Below are positions 1-8,834 of a DNA stretch of 64,000 bases, piece after piece. A program made the translations under genes and the position numbers. Positions within the stretch are counted from its first letter, which is position 1; each line of letters starts with the position of its first letter. The DNA is from Anaerohalosphaeraceae bacterium (lineage in GTDB: Bacteria > Planctomycetota > Phycisphaerae > Sedimentisphaerales > Anaerohalosphaeraceae), in assembly GCA_963675525.2 (NCBI GenBank), contig CAXXSL010000013.1, positions 640,001 through 704,000 of the forward strand, written 5' to 3'. A model generated the notes under the pieces. That model was not told where the DNA came from and ran no database searches. It saw only the letters and a program-made list of their open reading frames with translations.

Positions 1-688
1 CTTCTGTGGAGGGTCGATTCGCGGGGAACCAGGTATAACTGCCGCTGTTGGGTAAACTCTTGGCGACAAAGCTAAAAGTCGCTCCATTGTCCAGCGACAG
101 ATAAATGCTTATCGAAGCGATACCACTGCCGGCGTCACCGGCGATCCATTCGACCGTTGTCGCCTGGTTGGCGATAACAGTTTCGCCTCCGTCCGGTGTG
201 AGAACCGTGACATCCGGAGGGGTCGTATCGTCGCCGGTACTGGGTCTCAGATGGGTTTGGATTTCTGTGATGTCCACACTTGTCACACTGCCTAAATTGG
301 TGGCTGTAAGGCCGGGGAAGGTGGGTGTATTGCTGTAAGTCGTCGTATCCGTCACCTCTACAAGCGTACTAAAACCGTCACCATCGGGATCTTCATTTTC
401 GATAGATTGCACAGCCTGTCTTTTTCCTTTCGGATTGCTGGCAAAATTCGGCAACACGGCTTCGAGGCGAGCCCCATAGGGATTGCGTGTTCCGCCGCCG
501 GTAAATTCGTAATGACACACCCCGCAGTGATTGGGCTGGCTTGGCACTGTTTCAATCGTCGTGCCAACCGCATCCGGATACACCGTGAAAAACGCATCAC
601 GAATATTAGCTCTGGCGTAAATGGTACCGGCGAGACAGGCAACGAACAAAACCGTTGCTCCTGCATAAGAAGAATGCTTACGTAACAT
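1..688 (-). CDS. Secreted c-type cytochrome-like protein with Ig-like domain (partial; runs off the window start)
   Basis: Not in the ORF track; translated manually as MLRKHSSYAGATVLFVACLAGTIYA...PNHCGVCHYEFTGGGTRNPYG...DTTPPDVTVLTPDGGE. GGAGG RBS upstream, signal peptide, CxxCH motif. Confidence 0.75.
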   Translation of the reverse strand, partial: MLRKHSSYAGATVLFVACLAGTIYARANIRDAFFTVYPDAVGTTIETVPSQPNHCGVCHYEFTGGGTRNPYGARLEAVLPNFASNPKGKRQAVQSIENEDPDGDGFSTLVEVTDTTTYSNTPTFPGLTATNLGSVTSVDITEIQTHLRPSTGDDTTPPDVTVLTPDGGETVIANQATTVEWIAGDAGSGIASISIYLSLDNGATFSFVAKSLPNSGSYTWFPANRPSTE

Positions 689-945
689 AATATGTACCCT
701 CCGTAATTTCCTCATTTAGACAGCAATATTATAACAAATAAAAACTTCATCAAAAACTAAATAATTAGTAAATATACGGATTCCATATCCTACTTAAGAC
801 CATAAGTACTGGGACATTGATCGGGGCAAATACTATAAGCTTATGGTTCCCATGAATTTATGGCGCTTGCAATAATAGCTTTTGCCGATTATAATGATAA
901 TGAATTCTTCGAACAGTCAATTATTGTTGAATGGGAGTCAATACG

Positions 946-1359
946 ATGGCAACAAATCAGTCGAATTCAAATTCACAAACACTGGACCTTATTTCGATCT
1001 TTCACTATGTACTGGCGGCGATGATGTATCTTAAAGGCGCAATAGCGTTCGTCCTTATGGGCATCGGCAGTATTGCCGTCATGGGCGTTCTGGCCGACCA
1101 GCCGAATGATATGGTTCCGGCGCTGATCGTGCTGGGATTGATCTTCTTCATGGCACCGATGATGTTTTTAACGGTGTCCTGGACCGCAGCAACGCTGGTG
1201 CTCTTTGCGGGCAGACGTATCACCAAACGCACTAATCTGAATTACTGCCAGATCGTCGCGGGACTGGAATGCCTGTGCGTACCCTTCGGCACAGCCCTCG
1301 GCATTTTCACGCTCATCAATCTGACGAAGCCCGACGTGAAAGAGAGCTTCGGTAAATAA
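946..1359 (+). CDS. Small multi-pass membrane protein of unknown function
   Basis: Hydrophobic ORF with LISIFHYV and ECLCVPFGTALGIFTL; GGGAG upstream of ATG 946. Confidence 0.75.
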   Translation: MATNQSNSNSQTLDLISIFHYVLAAMMYLKGAIAFVLMGIGSIAVMGVLADQPNDMVPALIVLGLIFFMAPMMFLTVSWTAATLVLFAGRRITKRTNLNYCQIVAGLECLCVPFGTALGIFTLINLTKPDVKESFGK

Positions 1360-1370
1360 GAGATGCTGTA

Positions 1371-1835
1371 TCAAAATCCGGGGTTTTGTTTGTTGCCGAT
1401 GGAAATATGGTCGCGTGCCTGCAATATTTTCTCTTTAATCTGCTCCGGGTCCACCAGTCCGTACAGACAGGCCTCTGCCTGTTGCTGACCGGAACCGGCG
1501 GTCTGAATATCCAGCCGCCATATGCCGAAGAAACGCAGCAGCGGTCCCTGGGCCAAGACGATATCCGTAATGCGGTCCAGCGGGATCGACTTGCGTTTGA
1601 CAAAGAAAACGCCTTGGTGGACGAACAAATGTGACTCACGAAGTTGATAATCCAATACAGCAGCCTGCTTGCGGCTCAGCCACGGACCGAACGTCCACGC
1701 ATAGACAAGAGCTGCCAGTGCTCCAAAGCCGAAAATAAAAACGCCGATAAGTGCCGTCATCAGAATCCCAGACCAATAGAAATACCGCGCGATCTGCGGC
1801 CGCTGAATCTCGAATATCTCAACCGTCTCTGCCAT
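1371..1835 (-). CDS. Bacterial PH domain (bPH_2, YdbS-like) membrane protein
   Basis: Two N-terminal TM helices followed by GVFFVKRKSIPLDRITDIVLAQGPLLRFFGIWRLDIQTAG. Confidence 0.85.
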   Translation of the reverse strand: MAETVEIFEIQRPQIARYFYWSGILMTALIGVFIFGFGALAALVYAWTFGPWLSRKQAAVLDYQLRESHLFVHQGVFFVKRKSIPLDRITDIVLAQGPLLRFFGIWRLDIQTAGSGQQQAEACLYGLVDPEQIKEKILQARDHISIGNKQNPGF

Positions 1836-1985
1836 GTTTCATTCTCCTGAATAAAGTGTCCCCTTTTGCTCTTATAGACGCCAACTGCCCGAAAACGTTG
1901 CAGATAATCTTACTCTTTTGGGCTGCAGCAATAAAGATATTTTTCTCCCACTTTCGTGGTCAATCGTTTATAATCCAACAAAATA

Positions 1986-4097
1986 ATGCAAAAAACAGGT
2001 TTACAACAATTTGGCACAGGGCTGGTATTTGCGGTGACGATCTTTTTGGGGGCGTTTCTGCTGTTCCAGGTTCAGCCGCTGATCGGGCGGTTCTTACTAC
2101 CGTGGTTCGGCGGCACGCCGGAGGTCTGGACGACGTGCATGCTGTTCTTCCAGATATTCCTGCTGGGCGGGTACCTGTATGCCCACGGGCTGGCCAGAAT
2201 TAAGCGGATACGGATACAGGCGGCTGTACACATCGGGCTATTGGTGCTGGCGCTGTTCTTTTTGCCGATCATCCCCAGCGATACATTCAAGCCGACGAAC
2301 GGCGCTTATCCCATCCTGCAGATACTGCTGGTCTGCACGGTGACAGTGGGCCTGCCGTATTTTCTGCTGTCGGCCACTTCGCCGCTGGTCCAGGCATGGT
2401 TCAGCATCGCTTTTCCGAACCGCAATCCGTATCGACTGTATGCGTTGTCGAATACCGGTTCTCTTTTGGCACTGGCCACGTTTCCGTTCGTGTTCGAGCC
2501 GCTGATGACCCGCCGCGGCATGGCGGTTTTGTGGTCGGCCGTTTTTGCGGTCTTTGCCGTGTTGTGCGCCGTGTCGGTGCTTTTGAGCCGGAAGCACAGC
2601 GGGCAATTGCAAACAAACGGCCAGACGCCCCTGACTCAACCGGATACAACAAAACCGCCGCGAATACATGTCTGGCTGTGGCTGGGCCTGTCGGGCGGCG
2701 CTGTTGTTGAACTCTTGGCCGTAACAAATAAAATTACACAGGACATCGCCGTCATTCCGTTTTTGTGGATTCTGCCGCTGAGTTTGTACCTATTGTCTTT
2801 TATCATCTGTTTCGAGCATCAGCGGTGGTACAAGCGATGGCTGTTTGTGCCGCTGTTTATTCTCGGGATAATCGGGGTCATCCTGTCCCGCAAATACGAA
2901 GAGAACATGACGAATGCGCATGGACTGATCGGGATTTATGCGTTCATGCTGTTTGCCTGCTGCATCGTCTGCCATGGCGAACTGTACCGACTGCGGCCGT
3001 CTCCGACGCATCTGACAGGATACTACCTGGTCATTTCCGCCGGCGGTGCAATGGGCGGTTTTTTCGTGGCAGTGGTTGCCCCGTTGATCTTCAAGACCTA
3101 TATCGAGCTATACCTGGGACTGCTGGCGGTTGCGTTTTTTTTACTGCTGGCCGAAGAACAAGGCAGCGGGCTACCGGCGTTCTCGTTGCGACGGCGGCGG
3201 ATACTGGCGCTCCTGTTGTTTGCGGCCGGGATAATTGGGATCGTGTTTATGGGCAAACGAAGCACCGAACACCAGCGGGCAATCGCCAACAGCCGGAATT
3301 TTTTCGGGGTTTTAACGGTGTGGGAAGAGGACTGGGATGAACCGGCCGAACATATGCTGCTGATGCAGCACGGCACGACATTTCACGGTTTGCAGTTTAT
3401 TGCCCCGGAACTAAAGCGCATCCCGACTTCGTACTACAGCACCAACAGCGGTATTGGGATCGTCATGGAGAACTGGCCCGAGCAGGATAATCGGCGGATC
3501 GGCATCATCGGGCTGGGCGTCGGAACGATTGCCATCTACGGCAACGAACACGATTTGATTCGTTTTTACGAGATCAACCCCGACGTCGAACGTTTAGCGA
3601 GAAAACATTTTACCTACCTGGCCGACAGCAAAGCAACGATCGATATCGCCCTGGGCGACGGGCGGCTGGTCATGGAAAACGAACCGCCGCAGCAGTATGA
3701 TGTGCTGGTATTGGATGCCTTCAGCAGCGATGCGGTCCCGCTGCACCTGTTAACAACCGAAGCGATGGAGATTTATCTTAAGCACCTGGCCCCCGATGGC
3801 GTGCTGGCATTTCATATTTCCACCATTCATCTGGATCTGCAATCGATCGTGTGGAAACTGGCGGAGCATTTTCAGTTGCAAACCGCCTGGATCGAAAGTT
3901 TTGAAGACGAAACCCCCGGGGCATTGGCCTCAGACTGGATTTTACTGGCACGTGATGACAACTTTCTGGGCATGGATGTGATTGAAAAAATCAAATCCCG
4001 CCAACGTACCGAACTGGAAACAGTTCCCCTCTGGACCGACGACCATATTAACCTGTTCAAAATCCTCAAGAAAAACGCCTTCGCCTCGCGGCCTTGA
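1986..4097 (+). CDS. Fused membrane domain / spermidine synthase-like SAM-dependent protein
   Basis: About 12 TM segments (FQVQPLIGRFLLPWFGG, PYRLYALSNTGS), then IGLGVGT, FYEINPDV, GDGRL and LDAFSSDAVP motifs. Confidence 0.85.
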   Translation: MQKTGLQQFGTGLVFAVTIFLGAFLLFQVQPLIGRFLLPWFGGTPEVWTTCMLFFQIFLLGGYLYAHGLARIKRIRIQAAVHIGLLVLALFFLPIIPSDTFKPTNGAYPILQILLVCTVTVGLPYFLLSATSPLVQAWFSIAFPNRNPYRLYALSNTGSLLALATFPFVFEPLMTRRGMAVLWSAVFAVFAVLCAVSVLLSRKHSGQLQTNGQTPLTQPDTTKPPRIHVWLWLGLSGGAVVELLAVTNKITQDIAVIPFLWILPLSLYLLSFIICFEHQRWYKRWLFVPLFILGIIGVILSRKYEENMTNAHGLIGIYAFMLFACCIVCHGELYRLRPSPTHLTGYYLVISAGGAMGGFFVAVVAPLIFKTYIELYLGLLAVAFFLLLAEEQGSGLPAFSLRRRRILALLLFAAGIIGIVFMGKRSTEHQRAIANSRNFFGVLTVWEEDWDEPAEHMLLMQHGTTFHGLQFIAPELKRIPTSYYSTNSGIGIVMENWPEQDNRRIGIIGLGVGTIAIYGNEHDLIRFYEINPDVERLARKHFTYLADSKATIDIALGDGRLVMENEPPQQYDVLVLDAFSSDAVPLHLLTTEAMEIYLKHLAPDGVLAFHISTIHLDLQSIVWKLAEHFQLQTAWIESFEDETPGALASDWILLARDDNFLGMDVIEKIKSRQRTELETVPLWTDDHINLFKILKKNAFASRP

Positions 4098-4104
4098 CGG
4101 AACA

Positions 4105-4155
4105 TCATTCCCCTTCCATTTCCTGCTGGATTTCGGTCAGGAGATTGATTACTTC
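4105..4155 (-). repeat. Diverged copy of the mutS 3' end (remnant 4)
   Basis: Encodes EVINLLTEIQQEMEGE*, versus MutS EAINLLAEIQEEMEG*. Confidence 0.9.
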
Positions 4156-5216
4156 TGCGTTTTCTTTTTAACGACACCAAAAACTGAGTTCGGGTCAACA
4201 AAAACTGTATCTTTCCCATGAACAAAACGAGCCGCATCACGATCCGGCGGCATGTTTCCGGCCGGACGCGAGCCGGAGTATACGCAATGCAGCCACAGTT
4301 TATCCCATTCCTGAAACATTTCTCCCTGATGCAATTTTGTGGGTTCATAATTCGGATCTTTGACGCCCAGCGGCAACCATTTTTCATTATCAAATGCATG
4401 GGCCATTCCCAAAGCATGCGCGATTTCATGACGCCACACCTTAGGGGCACGCCGGTAATTGACTCGGACTTTTGCGTTATCAATCCACCACCACGACCGA
4501 TGCCAATGTGTTTTGCCTCCTCCTTCGTCATCAGGAGCGCAAAGAATGTAACCTGCAGCCGACTCTTTCCCCGTCCAACGAGGGTCATCGTTCGGACGAC
4601 CTTTAAATAATTCCACCTGTGGATCTTTGAAAAACGGGCTGATTTCCGGCAGCTCTTTTCGGATGATTTGGAACAGATACTGCCTGTCATTGGGAGCAAA
4701 TTCTATCGGCGGATTCGAATCCAAGACATGAGAGTAGATCACCCACTTCGGTGGTTTCTGCCAACGCATGATTCGCTCCGGATTGCCCGCCGAGGCCCAG
4801 AACATGGCATTGTTAAAGTCCGACAGTTTGACCGTGACATCGAGGGACGTGTGATCCCCATGGGCAAGCATAAGACTGCGTGTAATAATCGAATCGCCCG
4901 TAATCACCATCCGGCTCTCGCCCGGGGCAAGGCCGACGATCGAATAATGCCCTTCAGCATTGGTCACACATGATTGCCCGGCAATGGAGACGGTCACACC
5001 GACAACCGGCTGCCGGGTGACAATGTCAGTGATGAGTCCATCGAGAATTGTTTCAACTTGCTTTTGGCTTTGCGACGGTTCGGCAGGACCCTCAGCATAA
5101 GCAATGAACTGCCCCGGATAACAAAATATCAGACAGGTGATGCTTAACCGTATGATAAAGCTAAACTCCCGCGGATTGTTGCCCTTCGATTTTTTCATCA
5201 ATGGAGAGTATACCAT
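4149..5216 (-). CDS. Secreted zinc metallopeptidase with carboxypeptidase-regulatory-like N-terminal domain (start may be 5198)
   Basis: Signal-like segment; GLITDIVTRQPVVGVTVSI...TNAEGHYSI; metzincin-type HEIAHALGMAH. Confidence 0.75.
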   Translation of the reverse strand: MVYSPLMKKSKGNNPREFSFIIRLSITCLIFCYPGQFIAYAEGPAEPSQSQKQVETILDGLITDIVTRQPVVGVTVSIAGQSCVTNAEGHYSIVGLAPGESRMVITGDSIITRSLMLAHGDHTSLDVTVKLSDFNNAMFWASAGNPERIMRWQKPPKWVIYSHVLDSNPPIEFAPNDRQYLFQIIRKELPEISPFFKDPQVELFKGRPNDDPRWTGKESAAGYILCAPDDEGGGKTHWHRSWWWIDNAKVRVNYRRAPKVWRHEIAHALGMAHAFDNEKWLPLGVKDPNYEPTKLHQGEMFQEWDKLWLHCVYSGSRPAGNMPPDRDAARFVHGKDTVFVDPNSVFGVVKKKTQK

Positions 5217-5244
5217 TGAAATCGCTGCTTGACAAGAATCTAAG

Positions 5245-5280
5245 TTATCTTTCCATCTCTTGCTGGATTTCGGCGAGGAG
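5245..5280 (-). repeat. Diverged copy of the mutS 3' end (remnant 3)
   Basis: Encodes LLAEIQQEMER*. Confidence 0.85.
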
Positions 5281-5311
5281 ATAAGAAACTGAAGATTCCA
5301 GGATTCTTAAA

Positions 5312-6820
5312 TTACTCATCGAGCTGTCCGGACCGCCGAATTAAAAAGGCCATGACACCCATTGAGGCACTCAATGTGACAAGCGCCAATACACCACTGA
5401 GCAGAAGAAGCCAGCCGGCATCCGGCGCATAGAGCAGAAGACAAGAAAACGGGGCGTCATGCATCAGCGGCACAATCCAAAGCATCCCTACAGCAATACC
5501 GACATTGAGAACGAAAGACAGAACCCCTCGAATGACGATGATCCACCGTTTATTTGCGGGATGAGAACCGAGGTGTTTTCGCCGCCGGATGATCCGGCGG
5601 ATAACAAAAATAAACACGATGATCTGACAAAACAAAAGACCGCAAATCAACATCAGGTCTTTATGCATTGAAGGTGCTTTCCCGATCGGCGGAGCTTCAT
5701 TGCCAAGTACTAAATTTCGCATGTTCCAGCAAAGATTGCCGATGGGTGGACCGGACAACCAGTTTTCCGCATTAATGAGTAAAGCAAACGCTCTGTGATA
5801 TTCCGGAAAGATTGCCATATCAGTATGGTAGTTCGGGGTCGATCCATTATGGGCAATCACACGTGTATACTGATGATTTCCAACCCACCATCCCATGGCA
5901 TAACTCCGACCCTTTTCCGGGGTGTGCATTTGGGAAATGCCGCTTTCTGAGAGAATGCGACTGTCTCCCAGTAGGCCGCCATTGGCCATAGCCCCAAGAT
6001 AGTTGCCCATATCATTTGCACAGGAGATTAAAAAACCGGCAGGCTTGTCCCCTCTTGGATAAGGGATATTCGTCGAAGGCAGCGGTTTTCCAAACCAATA
6101 GCGATATCCTGTTGCCAAACCATGTTGTCTTGCCACATTCTTAGATGTGTAGCTGTTTGACATGCTCAGTGGATCGAAGATATGTTCCTGGATATAGTCT
6201 TCATAGCGTTGTCCGGAGACTGCTTCGATGATCCCTCCCAGGACACAATAGTTGGCATTGCTGTAAAAAGTTCCCTGACCAACGGAGTGTGTCAACTTAA
6301 CATTACGAAGCGCCTTGATGCGACGCTCAATCGCTTGATTGGAGGTATCTCGACTCGCGCAATGAGTGCGTCCCTGGTACGTTGAAAATCCACTGGTATG
6401 GTTTAAAAGGTGCCGGACCTTCATTTGGCTGGACGCTTCGGGGTCGGCAACACGAAACCATGGAAGATATTCTTGAACAGGCGCATCCAGATCGATTTGC
6501 CCGGCCTCGACAAGCTGCATAATAGCAAGTGCTGTAAAGGACTTGGAGACCGAACCAATAACAAACCCCGTCTCAGCTGTTACAGGTCGACCGTCGGGCC
6601 CCGCAACGCCAAAGCCTCGCATGTGAGTAATTTGGCCTCCTTCTACAATCACCAAAGCCGCCCCGGGAATATTGGCTTCTTTGAGCTGTGTCTCAATATA
6701 GGTGTCGATTCTGTGAAAATCAGCTTCCGACAACGGAGCCGGAACTTCCGCTTCGGCTGTCATTAGCAATGAAAGTATCGATGCAACAACAAATCCATAG
6801 AGTGTATTATTCAACGTCAT
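5312..6820 (-). CDS. Serine hydrolase (beta-lactamase/AmpC-like family) with C-terminal TM helices
   Basis: Signal peptide, GSVSKSF (SxxK), LLNHTSG, YSNANY, HNG; three C-terminal hydrophobic helices. Confidence 0.9.
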   Translation of the reverse strand: MTLNNTLYGFVVASILSLLMTAEAEVPAPLSEADFHRIDTYIETQLKEANIPGAALVIVEGGQITHMRGFGVAGPDGRPVTAETGFVIGSVSKSFTALAIMQLVEAGQIDLDAPVQEYLPWFRVADPEASSQMKVRHLLNHTSGFSTYQGRTHCASRDTSNQAIERRIKALRNVKLTHSVGQGTFYSNANYCVLGGIIEAVSGQRYEDYIQEHIFDPLSMSNSYTSKNVARQHGLATGYRYWFGKPLPSTNIPYPRGDKPAGFLISCANDMGNYLGAMANGGLLGDSRILSESGISQMHTPEKGRSYAMGWWVGNHQYTRVIAHNGSTPNYHTDMAIFPEYHRAFALLINAENWLSGPPIGNLCWNMRNLVLGNEAPPIGKAPSMHKDLMLICGLLFCQIIVFIFVIRRIIRRRKHLGSHPANKRWIIVIRGVLSFVLNVGIAVGMLWIVPLMHDAPFSCLLLYAPDAGWLLLLSGVLALVTLSASMGVMAFLIRRSGQLDE

Positions 6821-6862
6821 CGCTTAGCTTCTCCTTTGTCCGTCCTTATTAACCGACTACCG

Positions 6863-6916
6863 CTACCCCTCCGTTTCCTGCTGGATTTCGGCCAGGAGGT
6901 TGATGGCTTCGATGGG
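6863..6916 (-). repeat. Diverged copy of the mutS 3' end (remnant 2)
   Basis: Encodes PIEAINLLAEIQQETEG*; 46/54 nt identical to 8835-8888. Confidence 0.95.
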
Positions 6917-6917
6917 C

Positions 6918-7256
6918 TTATTCGTTAAGCAGGGATTTCAGCTTCTCTGTTAACAGAGGGAGGTCTTTTTGCAGAATACCCCAGACGGTTTCGTGTTCGA
7001 TGGCATAGTAACCATGCACCAGGATATTGCGGAAATCGATGATTTGGCGGGCATGGGGGATTTGTGATTCGATGTCCGGTTCGATACGAAGCACTTGATT
7101 CAGGGCTTCTCCGATAATCATCAGTTTGCGTTCTACGGCTGAACGCAGCAATTCACTCTGCAAGTAATCGTCAAGGCTTTTGCCTTCCAGAAACGCCGTC
7201 AGTGACAGACAGGCCTGCTGCATATCATACAGGAATTTTTTGATCTCAGGCCGCAT
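6918..7256 (-). CDS. HEPN/DUF86 (HepT-like) ribonuclease toxin
   Basis: AVERKLMIIGEA and RNILVHGY (Rx4H); overlaps the upstream MNT gene. Confidence 0.9.
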   Translation of the reverse strand: MRPEIKKFLYDMQQACLSLTAFLEGKSLDDYLQSELLRSAVERKLMIIGEALNQVLRIEPDIESQIPHARQIIDFRNILVHGYYAIEHETVWGILQKDLPLLTEKLKSLLNE

Positions 7257-7554
7257 AAAGCTCTACCCTGTGCTGGTTGATGGATTCGAGCAGATAAGGA
7301 TTATCAATCGCTTTGACTTCAAGCAGGTCAACCGACCGGGCGAAAAGCTCTTTGAGGGCATTCAGCAGGCCGAAATAAGCATCCGTGTGTTCGGTTGGAC
7401 TCATCGGCAGAAACTCGACCAGAAAATCCAGGTCGCTCGTTTCGCCAAAGTCCGTATCCTGTGCCGCAGAGCCGAATACCTCAAATGTCTTGACCCCGAA
7501 CCGGCCACATAAAGCCTTTAACTCATTCTGTTTGTCATCGATCAGCTTCACCAT
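7246..7554 (-). CDS. Minimal nucleotidyltransferase (MNT) antitoxin
   Basis: VFGSAA...SDLDFLVEF...RSVDLL; paired with the HEPN gene. Confidence 0.9.
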   Translation of the reverse strand: MVKLIDDKQNELKALCGRFGVKTFEVFGSAAQDTDFGETSDLDFLVEFLPMSPTEHTDAYFGLLNALKELFARSVDLLEVKAIDNPYLLESINQHRVELYAA

Positions 7555-7601
7555 AATAACCGGATTATACCATTGGAGCTAATAATTAACAAGGGGGTAT
7601 T

Positions 7602-7647
7602 TTACCCTTCCTTTTCCTTTTGGATTTCGGCAAATAAATTTGATGGA
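7602..7647 (-). repeat. Diverged copy of the mutS 3' end (remnant 1), forming the C-terminus of the serine hydrolase
   Basis: The hydrolase ends NLFAEIQKEKEG*, versus MutS NLLAEIQEEMEG*. Confidence 0.8.
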
Positions 7648-8816
7648 TCATAGTTGGCATCGCGTAATGCCTCGACAATGAAAAGATTGATTTCACCGGC
7701 CGCCTCTGCGGCTTCTTTTCCGCCAACATTCATCACCACACAGGTCGCATAGTTCTGGTCAGGAACAATATGCACAATGGCATAACCCCGCCCCCGGCTT
7801 TGACCGGAGTGCCAATAAACCGGTCCATTTGCCCACTCTGTTGGCTGTACACGCCATCCGACGGTTGTGTAACGTGCCCCCTTGATCTTGTCGGTTTCAA
7901 CGACCGTGTACATCTGCCTGAATGTCTCTTGTGTGATCAGGGAATCTTTGGCTCCCCCGCCTTGCATCCCACGTAAATGAAACGCAGCAAATCGTCCAAG
8001 ATCAATGACCGAGCAATGGACGCCCCCCACAGGACTTCGGCAAAGTGTTGTCGGCACAGGAGGCAGCGGTACGATTTCTCCGTTTCTGTTCTGATGATAC
8101 CACGGTCCATCCAAACGGTCCGGCGGTGCTGCCATCGGCCCAAAGCCTGCTGTATGCATATGCAGTTTGAGGAACAAAAGCTCTGTAACGAGTGTTTCCC
8201 ATGATTTTCCTGTCGATTTCTCGGCCATGCTGGCGGCGATGACTCCACCGCCGCTATAGATATAAGCGGAGCCCGGCAGGACTTCGGGTCTGTCCGCCAA
8301 CGCCGCAGACACATACGCGACGCGTTTCTCCATGAGTGTTTTTCCTTTTGCGTCAATATCGGTTTGAGACATCGTTGGCTGATAGGGAAGTCCGCTGGTA
8401 TGACTGAGAAGCTGGCGAACCGTCACTTTTTTATAACCACCATAGTGACCGGGAAACATTTCCGGGAACATTTCTCCGATCGTCGTCTGCCAGTCTAACT
8501 TACCCTGGTCTTTCAAAATACCCATAACCGTACCCGTAACAGGCTTTGAAATCGAACCCAATTCAAATGCGTCGTCACGTGTTACCGGAACGTCTTGGCC
8601 CCATTTTCGCAGGCCAACGGCAGATGCCGCAACAACATCATTTCCGATGACAACAGATGCAGCAATCGCCGGCAATTTCCTTTTTTCTCGAATTTCCTCA
8701 AGTCGAGCACACAACGGCTTCGGATCACGAATGACGATGTCTGCTCTTACATAGGCAGTTATGCCAAAAAGTAAACTCAGGCAAATCAATATAGAAATTT
8801 TTTGTTTAATATTCAT
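7602..8816 (-). CDS. Secreted serine hydrolase (beta-lactamase-like family)
   Basis: Signal peptide, GSISKP (SxxK), LLSHTSG, YIYSG, WHSG; starts 18 nt after the mutS stop. Confidence 0.9.
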   Translation of the reverse strand: MNIKQKISILICLSLLFGITAYVRADIVIRDPKPLCARLEEIREKRKLPAIAASVVIGNDVVAASAVGLRKWGQDVPVTRDDAFELGSISKPVTGTVMGILKDQGKLDWQTTIGEMFPEMFPGHYGGYKKVTVRQLLSHTSGLPYQPTMSQTDIDAKGKTLMEKRVAYVSAALADRPEVLPGSAYIYSGGGVIAASMAEKSTGKSWETLVTELLFLKLHMHTAGFGPMAAPPDRLDGPWYHQNRNGEIVPLPPVPTTLCRSPVGGVHCSVIDLGRFAAFHLRGMQGGGAKDSLITQETFRQMYTVVETDKIKGARYTTVGWRVQPTEWANGPVYWHSGQSRGRGYAIVHIVPDQNYATCVVMNVGGKEAAEAAGEINLFIVEALRDANYDPSNLFAEIQKEKEG

Positions 8817-8834
8817 ATCTTTTGCTGCACATCA

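Noticed and set aside
105..685. ORFs 105-338, 358-666 and 407-685
   Set aside because: They are shadows of the partial minus-strand gene starting at 688.
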